DNA from: Anthoceros angustus
Lineage: Eukaryota; Plantae; Anthocerotophyta
DNA length: 47,436 bases
Direction of reading: 5' to 3'
Assembly (NCBI GenBank): GCA_010909165.1
Contig: VJWM01000349.1
Location: 1 to 47,436 of the forward strand
Part shown: positions 38,212 to 47,436 of the stretch, piece by piece
How the letters are laid out: each line of letters opens with the position of its first letter
Numbering within the stretch: position 1 is the stretch's first letter
Notes under the pieces: generated by a model
Database searches by the model: none
What the model was told of the DNA's origin: nothing
The model's input: only the letters and a program-made list of their open reading frames with translations
Made by a program: the position numbers and the translations under genes

Positions 38212-38855
38212 GTGCGCCCTCCCCACCGCTGGCTCCACTCATGTTGCTCGTCCCGGCCGTTGTCGCTACCCCTATGCTTCTCCTTCCCTCGGTGGACCAG
38301 AAGACCGATCGGGATCTTTGGGTGCTGAAATTCTGAACCGACGGAGGAGTAGCGACCTCCCCTGTGGTCCGTTCCAAGAGATCGAGCCGAGCAGTGATAC
38401 GATCGAGGCGTTCAGCCAAGTCCTCCGACCAGGCCTGAAATTCCCCACTACTTACAACCTCGCTTATCGATTCTGGAAGTGGAGTGACTCACCGAGAAAC
38501 CCAATGTTGTGGAAATTCCGTGTATCGATCATGAGTGCAGGCACTCGGGAAGATGTCTCCCCACTACTGTACACCAATTTCTCCTCCACAACCTCCTTCC
38601 TTTGGGTCGATGATCTCCCCTTCTTCCTCCACCATTCCTCGGTCCCCCCGTCTCTCCTTCGTGTGTCGCGGCAAGGATGGCGTCCTCTTCGATCGCCCGT
38701 AGCTCGTGTTCTTCCTGCTGTCGACGGGTGGCGGCAGCAGCAATTTCCTCCCTTAATCGGTTTCTCCGTGAAGCTCGTGAATCTCTCGCAGTGACAGGCG
38801 GGGGCGACCTTCCACGTTCCTCTTCTCGGGTCTTCCCCTTACCAGACATTTGCAA
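38210..38855 (-). pseudogene. gag: Gypsy gag N-terminal segment
   Basis: First ORF after the PBS (MSGKGKTREEERGRSPPP...; MAERLDRITARLDLLE...GGEGAL); continues in frame into 29598 once the insertion is removed. Confidence 0.78.
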
Positions 38856-39052
38856 GCATCCTCATGACCTCCAACCCACAGTTGTTAAGAAGGAAGCAAC
38901 CCACACCCTTTAGTGTCCCAACCATTCACCCCTATGACAACTAGAGGACGTGAAGTTCCTTCTTCACAACATATGGTCGACCCTCAGTCCCTTTTCAACC
39001 ATTTGGCAGCCTAACGATGGAAGCTACAAAACTTCAAGCTTTCAGCAACAAG

Positions 39053-39070
39053 TCCCCAGCAACGGCGCCA
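39053..39070 (-). other. Primer-binding site, tRNA-Asp
   Basis: TGGCGCCGTTGCTGGGGA after ...CCCACA TTTT. Confidence 0.9.
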
Positions 39071-39074
39071 AAAA

Positions 39075-39324
39075 TGTGGGAGGGAAAACCCCGGGGCTTC
39101 CGAGGCTTCCCCCTCTAGCGGCCACACTTATCCCACTGTCGCTTCGTACGTTGGGTTTCATCCCATGAGACTCATGTGAAAGTTTGAGGTCTTGTGATAA
39201 CCGATTGCTACCTGTAGTGACACAACTTCTCAGCCTTCTAAACAAGCAAGGCGCCCTACTACCACCCTCTTCACAGTGCACGCTTGCCGCTCCGGAAGAC
39301 TACCACCTCAACCTACAACGACAC
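39075..39324 (-). repeat. U5 end of the host 5' LTR (closest to the family-B type)
   Basis: Aligns with 27140-27390 and 698-900. Confidence 0.85.
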
Positions 39325-42300
39325 TGCGGACTACGGACTTCCTTGGGGTTAAGAAATAAGTAGGGTTTTGTTTTTTGTAGGGCGGAGGATAAAATAAGGC
39401 GGAAGGAGGAATAAGCACGGATAGCACTCGGTTACTCGGGAGTATACTCGGGACTGCGGAATGGGCAACGTACCCGGACCTACTATGGCGGGACTACGTC
39501 GGGAACAGCAGGATAAGTCCGGACTCACTCCAGTCCAAAGCGGGATAAATAGAGAAAGTAACTTAGAGTGAGGACGGACTGGCGCCACGTGGGCGCCACA
39601 GTGGAGGTCGGGCATGCATGGCAGGGCCGTAGCGAGGCCGTTATAGCGGTATTCACGCCGCGGGTGCGGCGTAAAGGCAGTCGCGGCGTAAGGCGAAATG
39701 GCGTAAGGTCGAAATAAGCCATGCGGACCTGGCGATTCAGACGAGGAAAGGCGCCTTCACGGTTACTCCGGCGGCGAAGGAAGGTCATTTATTGCGCGAC
39801 CTCGAGACAATTCTCGGTCTCTTGCGCTCACGCCGGCTCTGGCGCTATCTCTTTGGCGCCCAGCACCTTCGGCGTAGTCACCGGGGTTGGAGGCGGGCGC
39901 GGAGCGCATCGTGCGGTGAACTCCGGCCAGCTGGCGACAAGGAGCAGGCGATGGCACCCAAAAAGCTGCGGAAGTTTGGGAGCCATGGAACCTCGTGGCG
40001 CAACATTGTGACCCGGCGCTACCGGACTTTGGGCCTGGGGAGGCGGGAGGGGTGGTGCGAGTGGCACTTGGATGCGTTCAGGAGTCGGGCGTTGACGTGT
40101 CACTCTACGGTCGGGAGTTCGCCGGAAGATGTTGGCGGTCAACAAGGAGGTGCGGTCCAAGAACCTCGGGAGGACCAGGCGATGGACCTTGGAGGTCTGA
40201 GGCGTGGCCTACCGCCCAAAGGAGGAAGAAGGGGGTGGTGCGGGCCCCTCAAGGCGAAGGGAAGATAGGGCCGGCAGCAGTGGCGATCTTGAGGCACAGG
40301 ACCTTGAGGACCACCAGCGGTGGTGATATCACCCTGGACGGTCGAGTAGGCGGTAGCCGGATCATTGTCCATTGGAACACACTCACCAAGGTGGATCACC
40401 TTGGTGATAACCTGTTAGTATTCTGCATGCGCGGCGGGGAAGAGGCGGTGGGGAAGGATTATCTTCGCCCGGTTTAGTCGAGAGCCCGCAAGCTCGGGAG
40501 AAGCCCTCGCCATGCAGGGGCATCCCCATGCACGATCCATGTGGGGACATTTGACTCTGAAGGAGGAGAGCAGGCGGGCGCTCGGGAAGGGAGGCCTGGG
40601 AAGTGGGCGAACAGGCGCCGGGGGAGGCCGACCGAAGGCCAAAGCGGACCGGAGGAGGGCGGCGGGAGGATTCCGGACTCCATCGTGCAGGCGGACCCTC
40701 ACCACCAGTATGGGAAGAAATCCCTTCCCTCCTCACAGTGCCTAGCCGGGCGGCCGGTCGGCGAGAAGCGGCCCAGGCCCCATGGCCACACCGGCCACAG
40801 CCTGTGCGGGCCCGCGGACCGAGGAGGGAACGAAGAGGCAAGGCAGCGGCTATGCGGCACCTCGGGCGGTGCGGTGCCGCCACACCTTGCAGGTGAAGCG
40901 GAGAAGCGGTAAGGAGGCGAAGGGCCGCCGAGGCGAGAGGACAGCGGCCGGCACGGGCCGGTCTGTCGGGCAGAAGGGCAAAAGGGCTTGCTCCGGACCC
41001 TCACCTCCTCAGAGCCCAGGAGAAAAAGGCGAGAAGGAGCTCGCGGCCAAAGGGCCAAGGAGGGTGGCTCGAGCTCGGCCTCGGGACCTAAGGGTCTGAT
41101 TAGGTCGAGAACCCAGTCCGGACTTACTCGGGACAGCAGTATGGAGGTCCTGGCGGACCGTGAAATCGGCTCACTCTGGACTTTGTGGGAGCCTCACGGC
41201 GGTGTGGAAGAAACACGGGTCACTCTGCCGTCATAGACGGTATGCTTTGGGGTCTCTGCGGGATGGCGAAGACCCGGAGGTGAAAGCCACCGGGCGCATG
41301 GTACTCCTCCGGGGAGGCGGTTGGAGGGGCCGGGGAAGGCCAAAGCTCTCGGCCGGATTGAGAAGGAAGCGGGAGGCTGAGGAGGAAATCTGGTCCATCC
41401 AGGCCGGACTAAATTCCTTCAGTGGAGGGCGGTGAAGCAGGCTAAGGAGGCCCAGCCTGAGGACCTGCGGGCGGAGGTAGCGCGGAGGCGGAAGAGGCCG
41501 GGCGCAAGCGGGCTGCGGGACTGGAGGCGGCAGACTAGACGAGCCAAGGCGGAGGCTCGGTGAAGGTGGCCAGGAGGCGGAAGCCTGGCCGTCCGCGATC
41601 ACTATCAGGCGTGATCGGGCCGGTGGAGGAGGGTAGCCAGCCAATCCCGAAGGCGGCGGTGGCAGAGCAAGCACGGACGGCGTCTGGGTGAGGCCGGAAA
41701 TCGGGGACCTCGGGCGCGAGGAGGTAGAAGGGAGGCGGAGGAATGACGAGGACACCTTGGAGTTACAACTCCAAGGCCATCAGGCGACAAGGGGTTCTCA
41801 AGGAGAATCCAAGACTTGACGGAGATAGGCGCCTCGGCTCTGCACGAAGATGGAGGCGAGGTGGCGGAAAGCGGACCGGCCAGGCCAAAGTTCGCGACGA
41901 GATGGAGGATCTCGGACTCGGCTCGGGAGGTGGGGCAGCGGCGGAGATGGAGGACGCAAGGAGACTTTGGCTGACTCAAACTATCATTGAGAGGAATGGT
42001 AGTGCGGGACATGGTCATGAGCAGCAGCCAAAATCGGCTCCTCTGTTGGCGGTCGATGCGGCGATGGAGCAGGAGGCGGGGCGTCGCCGAGATGGAAGAA
42101 CTGGCGAAGCCGATCGCGTTGCAGCCGTCGGAGCGGGAGATGGCGGAGTTAACGGCGGAATGGACAAAAGCGAGGCGGGCAGACAAGAAGGCTGGTCGGT
42201 GAGGAAGTCGGAAGAGCAGCTGCGCTATGGCGGGCAGGCGGCGGCGGCAGGCGGAGGAGTTGGAGCGGGTGGAGCAACGGCGGCGGTGCGGGAGGTGGCC

Positions 42301-43657
42301 GGCGACCTGGCGACCTCGCGGCAGGCTCCGGCTATCAAACACGGGCGGAGGTGGAGCAACAAGCGCGGGCTCGGCTCCGGAGCACCTATGGCGAAGGAGT
42401 ATGCTCGGGCGCCGCGTGGAAGAGCAATCCGGCAAGTGGATTCGGACTTTGCCTTACCTGAGCTCCAAGTATGAGGCCTCTCGCCCTGCAAATAAACGGA
42501 CCCTGGAAGGCTCGGAGGGAAGAAGGGCAGGGGCAGGGACCCTAGGGGCCCGTTTGGGCGGCGGCGGCGGAGCCCAAGAGGAGGCGGGGCCAGCGGACCC
42601 CAAGGTAAGTTCACCACCACCCGCTCGGGAAGGGGTGGGGCACGAGTGCGGAGGAGGGAGCCAACCCACCAAGACAAGGGTCGGGGTAAGGAGGAGGACC
42701 TAGCGATCTGAGGTCCACGGAAAGTCCGGAGCTTGGGGCCGGACCCCGTGTAAGTCGGACCACGAGGTCCGAACCCAGGCAGGCCGGACCAGCCGGTAGG
42801 ACTCGAAAAGCCGGACCCACAGGTTCGGACTCGGGTCGAGCCGGACCTCGAGTCGGGACTTGGCGATGAGGAGGAGCCCCGCCGACTTCGCTGGGGGCGA
42901 TGGCCGGTGGCCCCGGAGGGACCCATGGGAGGCCGAGGAGGATGGCGTCGTGGTAGCAGTCGTCGACGCGCCGTGTAACTGGCGAGTTCGGGGAGGAGGG
43001 TCCTCCGGATCATCCGATTAGTGCGCCGTAGTGTCGGAGGAGATTGGACCACCAATCCCAAAGGCGGAACTCGGGACCTTCCGCCGGCGAAGGAGATAGG
43101 GAGGAATAGGATGGTAGGCGGCCGATTAGGGCATCTTGGTGACGTCATTTCGGAATAGGGGTGTAATAAAGCGCCGACACAGGCGTAGTATAAGAGAATT
43201 TACAGATAAATCATCTTTCTCTTGGTGTTGATGCGCGTTCTTGCGGACCTTGTGTGTCTTCTTGCTAACGTGAGTCTGAGTCCGGCGGCGGCACTCGGAG
43301 GATTGATCGGGGTCTGGTAGCGGACCTAACGTGTTGTGGTGTGTGCGGGAGGTGGGGACCCGTGCTGCGTCGAGCAGCGGCGGCCGGAGCGTGTGGCCGG
43401 AGGGACTTGAGGCGTCTGAGCCGGACGGAGAGGCCGGTGAGCAGCGGAGGAGGTCGGCTGTAACCAGCGTCTTCCTTAAGGCGGATAAGTGTAGTGTGTG
43501 GAGAGGCAGACGAGGTGTGAGAGGCGAGCGTGTGAGCGAAGCAGACTGAGCAGGTCCTTAAGCGTTTGGGCCATACCGGCTGCGGTGTTTGTCGCGGTAG
43601 TTAGGCGTGAACTAAGGGTGTGTGCGTTGGGGTGAGCAGGGGACTCTAGGGGCCACA
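39325..43657 (+). mobile_element. Putative family-D long LTR (~4.3 kb)
   Basis: Begins TGCGG where host LTR homology stops and ends GGCCACA, followed by TT and PBS-like TGGGGACAGCAGGGGA (43660-43675). TATA-like TATAAGAG near 43189; R/U5 part repeated at 17339-17872. Confidence 0.6.
39951..42980 (+). pseudogene. Possible degenerate ORF inside the family-D LTR (limits approximate)
   Basis: MAPKK start and GC-rich, stop-poor coding-like sequence with coiled-coil pieces (EMEELAKPIALQPSEREMAELTAEWTKARRA); no family recognised. Confidence 0.4.
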
Positions 43658-43689
43658 TTTGGGGACAGCAGGGGAGAAGAGCCTCAAGG

Positions 43690-46686
43690 TCCTTGTCTTC
43701 GCCTCTGTCTTCAAAATTCAACTCTCCTCTTGGCGCTCCTATGTCTACCTTCTTGAACATCTCCCCTATGCAGCATCTCCTCCAACATGTCTAAGTCTCC
43801 TTTCTTACCTCCGGAGACTCAAGGCCTTTGCCTTGCTCATGGGATCTCACATCCCTTGCTTCCCTATGATGAGCTCCCGCTCATCACTTGGTGGGGCAAC
43901 TCCTCCCGTGACTCCATCGCTCGCCCACCTAGCAGGGTTGCCTTCTTATCTCCTCTTGGGAGCTTCCAAACCGTGACTTCCTTTCCCTCCTACCGTGGTA
44001 GGAGGTGCTCCAGTAGGACTACTTCCTACCGTGGTAGGACTAATTCTGCCGTGGGCCTTGTCATGAGGGGAAGGGGTCCCAAACCCTGGGAACACCTCCC
44101 ACCCTCGCAGCGGGATTCACCATGGTAGGATCTATCCTACCTTCCATCTCCGCATCCTCCAGCGGTCCAAACTTCAAATCCCCTACAACTTCTCCTTGCA
44201 AGTCCTCCTGCACATCCTCGGCTATCTTTGGAGGATTCCTTCCGGCAATAATGTTCGGTGGTGCGGCACCTCCTTTAGGCAAAGCACCAAGCACTCCCTG
44301 TCCCTCTCACAGGCCAAGTACACAATGTTAAAGGGATGCTTGGAATCATCCAACTCCTTACTTGTGAGTAGCCCTCTACTTCCCACAAATGCACTAGATA
44401 AGTGCTAAGATAGCACTTGGGTCTTCATCCGCGTTGGGTTTGACAACTTCTCCGGTGGTAGGTGTATGCTTCATACATGATGAGCCCCAATCCGGCTTCG
44501 CTCCTTGAGTGATCTTCCATAGAAAATGGAGGAAGGTAGTCTGAAATATGACACCCTTGGATTGCTCACCAAGCCCAAAACAATTCTTGTGAACAATCTC
44601 CACTTGGGCTCCAAGATTTGGTCTCCGTTCTTGGACTTAGCCTTCATGCCCCTTGCATAAGGGTAAGGGCTCCCTTGGGAAGATCCGCCGTTGATGCACG
44701 CTTGCCTCCACTTTCCTTCCATCAGCGTGATTCCGCTATCCTCGCTATCCAGGCTGCCATATACCGTATGCTCCTTACGGTCCAACACGTGGATCCGTCC
44801 ATGCGTTCCTATCCGGTAAGGCGGCCAATTCCTCTTCCGTCTTGCGGTTAGCAAAACTCCTCTATCAATTCAAGGTTGGTGTACCAATGTATACACCCAC
44901 TCTGGCTGAATATTCTCCTCTGCCCTGTCGAAAGTCTAAAGGTCTCTAGAGGATAGCTGGCACATAGTAAAGTGGCATGTCAAATTTCCACCCTCAGGGG
45001 TCGATCCTCCTGCCTTCTTGCCCGCTCCTGCGCCACCTCCCTTGGTGGACGCTCCTTCCTTGGCTACTACCTCCTTGCCCTTGGTCATGGTAGGCTTGGT
45101 CATGGCCTCCTTGGTTAGTACTTGCGAAATTGAAGAAAAGTGATGCCTCTCCTGCAATTCCTGCCCACACCGACTTCTATCCTTGCAAACGTTTCTCCTC
45201 CTCGGTGATTTGCTCTTGCTCACAGCTCAAAGGTCCTTGCCCTTGCTCTCCTCCTGCAGTCCTTACACCTTGGCGTCCCCAAACCCGATTTCTGCAGAAA
45301 GCTCACCAAAATTCCCCGGACTCTTACACCTTTTTTAGGAGCCCTTCCTTCACGGTTTCCTAGCAATCTTGCCACGCTCCACCCTCCTAGGCACCCTCAC
45401 GAGCTTGGCAAGTGTTGGGTTGCGCCCCAACCTTCTTCTCCCTTCTCTTCTTCCTCAATTTCCTCCTGCTCTTTCTCTTGGGCGCCTGGCGGACTTCCAC
45501 CTCCTCGCTGAGCTCACGCCCTTCTTCTTCACCTTGCCACAAGCCACCTGGCCTTGCACCCTAGCCTTCCCAAGCACCAACTCTGCCTGTTATGATTTGA
45601 AACGAAATTCTCCTCCAAAGTTCCTCACGAGTCCTTACACTTGTGTCTCCGATTTGGGAGCTTTTCCTTCACAATTTCCTCGCAATCCTGCCACGCCCCA
45701 CCCTTCCTATCGCTCCTGCAAAGTTAGGGAGGTGTGGTTTGCCCCCTTGCACCTCGTTTCCCTTCCCTCTTTCTCTTTTTCTTCCTGCACCTCCTCTTGG
45801 CGTCCTGCTGCCTTTTCTCCTCCGTTGCCCAACTTGCGCCCTTCCTCTTCAGCTTAGCATGGGCGTGTGTCAGCGTTGCTGTATGGGGCCTTGGGAAGCT
45901 TGAGATGTGGTGGCGCCTTCTGCGGTGAGGTTGTCTTGTTGAGTTTTGAGATATGGCCTCTGCGGGCACTGCGACCACTTTTATAAGTCACCCAAGGGTT
46001 AGAAAAAGTAACTACCATTCTATCCTGCCCTTGGATGTGTGCCACGTGGCCCTTTCTCACCGTTGATGTTAGTTTCCTAATTCCTTATACTAAAATACCA
46101 TTTTCCCTATTTTTCTAATTTCTATTTCTGAAAATTAGCCTCTAATTTCTTAATTACCTATTTTGGCCTATTTATCTAGTCCACTAAAAGACCCTATATA
46201 TAGCAAGCCTATCACACTAAAACATAAGCTACTTTCCTTATATCTCTCCTGGTAGGACATCCTCCTACCATGGTAGGCGTTTTCCCTTTTCTCCTACCAC
46301 GGTAGGAGTTACTCCTGGTGGGATACCTTCCTACCCTCTCCTACCATGGTAGGAACTATTCCTACAGTAGGTGATCAAAACACTAGCGGTCATTCTCCTA
46401 CGGTGGTAGGATCTCTCCTACCCTCGTCTACCATAGGAGTTTCTCCTCGGTGGTAGGACACCTCCTACCACTCTCATGTAGGTTACCTTTTTCCTCACCG
46501 GAAGGTCGTTTTGACCCGTTTCTTTTTCCTGCATATCCTCTTTGCCTTCCCAGACATGGTCCTACAACTCCGCTCAAAAGGGCAAAAATTTCCTTGCATG
46601 TCTTCACCAAACCATTTCTAGCAAAGAGTGTGGGCTGTTTCAAACGAACTCATTTAAGCTAGTTGCCCAAACTTTTGCATTCCACA
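43690..46686 (-). mobile_element. Gypsy family-A long LTR, 5' part (second copy), with ORF from 45103 and palindrome array at 46240-46480
   Basis: Starts TGTGGAATGCAAAAGTTTGGGCAAC at 46686; colinear with 6370-8990, with extra sequence around 45520-45850. Confidence 0.82.
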
Positions 46687-46959
46687 ACACCTACCAGCGA
46701 CGCCCACGGGAGCCACGCCAGGACAAAGCGAGTCGTCGAGGCGGAAGGTGGCTCCCAACGCGCCAAGGAGCACACAGTGCCTCTTACCTACGGTGTACGA
46801 GGCGGAGGATGGAGGCGGAGAGGGCCGCTCAAGGCAGACACCGGGCGGCCGTCGGGCTCTGTCTCGGCAGAGGAGGAAATCAGCCCGGCTTGTGGGCAGT
46901 GCCTCGGTCACGGAGCTCGCCTCGGTGGCCACTTATCCACAGTGGGTTGAATCGTAGGG

Positions 46960-47124
46960 CTCCAGTTCAACGAACCTGCCGGCGGACAGACCGTCTTTCA
47001 TCTGCATATTCATGTCATCCCCCGCTACGATGGCGCGCCCCTGCGTCCCCATTCAGGACAGATGGAAGATCCTGAAATTCTCAAAGAAAATGCTGAAAAG
47101 CTGCGCGCCGCCATTCACGCCTGA
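46960..47124 (+). CDS. HIT (histidine triad) family protein, bacterial type, 5'-truncated
   Basis: LQFNEPAGGQTVFHLHIHVIPRYDGAPLRPHSGQMEDPEILKENAEKLRAAIHA*; HxHxH triad in GQTVFHLHIHVIPR; unbroken frame. Confidence 0.93.
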   Translation, partial: LQFNEPAGGQTVFHLHIHVIPRYDGAPLRPHSGQMEDPEILKENAEKLRAAIHA

Positions 47125-47195
47125 TCGCACGTCCACGGTTTGAAGAACGGCCGCCCCAATGCCATACTGCGGCCGGCGCCGGGAACGCCGCGTAC

Positions 47196-47202
47196 GGGAG
47201 GA
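47196..47202 (+). promoter_or_regulatory. Shine-Dalgarno site
   Basis: GGGAGGA 5 nt before ATG 47208. Confidence 0.75.
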
Positions 47203-47207
47203 CTCTC

Positions 47208-47436
47208 ATGAAGGCTAAATTGGCAGGCGCGACGGCGATCGCTCTGGCTGTGACGCTGTCTGCATCGGGATCTGTCGCACTCCAGACGGAAAATGCGCCC
47301 TATCCCGGCCCAGAGCCATCGGCGGCCCAGAAAGCAGAGATGGCCGCAGCGCCCGAAACCTGGCCGATGAAGATCGACGAATTCCTGGCGAAGGAATACC
47401 TCACCCGGGCCGACGTCGTGCTGACGCGCCGCGACT
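47208..47436 (+). CDS. Bacterial exported protein, runs off the window; possibly YiiX/YebB-like permuted NlpC/P60 family
   Basis: MKAKLAGATAIALAVTLSASGSVA signal peptide, open to the end; YLTRADVVLTRRD resembles the GDxxxxR motif of that family (weak). Confidence 0.7.
   Translation, partial: MKAKLAGATAIALAVTLSASGSVALQTENAPYPGPEPSAAQKAEMAAAPETWPMKIDEFLAKEYLTRADVVLTRRD

Larger units (their letters stand above)
18040..39324 (-). mobile_element. Host Ty3/gypsy element (non-chromovirus, Athila/Tat-like), interrupted by nested insertions and truncated at the start of RT
   Basis: LTR end 39075, PBS 39053-39070, gag in three pieces that rejoin at TSDs, protease, then VLREYVDVFAF (pre-RT motif) near 18040-18075. 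Confidence 0.85.

Noticed and set aside
41231-43148. Long minus-strand ORFs of 174-307 aa as real genes
   Set aside because: Pro/Arg/Ser-rich shadow frames of GC-rich DNA with no recognisable domain.
39075-46686. 39075-39324 and 43690-46686 as two halves of one host 5' LTR
   Set aside because: Orientation fits, but the U5 piece looks closer to family B while the distal piece is family A; left unresolved.
46687-46958. N-terminal half of the HIT gene or another bacterial gene
   Set aside because: A stop (TAG 46955-46957) lies just upstream, the ORFs here show no HIT N-terminal motif, and the origin of this stretch is unassigned.

Overview
Bases 1 to ~46,958 are plant-type nested LTR-retrotransposon DNA with no intact host gene and very frequent small indels (decay and/or an error-prone long-read consensus). 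The backbone is a minus-strand non-chromovirus Ty3/gypsy element: LTR end 39075, tRNA-Asp PBS, gag with three zinc knuckles, LDSG protease, truncated at the start of RT. Its gag is split by two insertions of one LTR family: a solo LTR at 20144-28763 (TSD CCTTG) and an 8.6 kb non-autonomous element at 29602-38211 (probable TSD CAGTG). There are two Ty1/copia elements (4062-6369 truncated; 11443-17338 full length). The main observation is that the very long gypsy LTRs here (about 3.6-5.4 kb; working names A, B, C, D) appear to carry a ~750-800 codon gene inside U3. In family A this gene has its own G-box/TATA promoter and is accompanied by arrays of the palindrome CCTACC(A/G)TGGTAGG. At ~46,959 the sequence switches abruptly to clean bacterial DNA (3' part of a HIT gene, then an RBS and a signal-peptide protein), most likely a chimeric join. 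All alignments and translations were done by eye; no searches were run.
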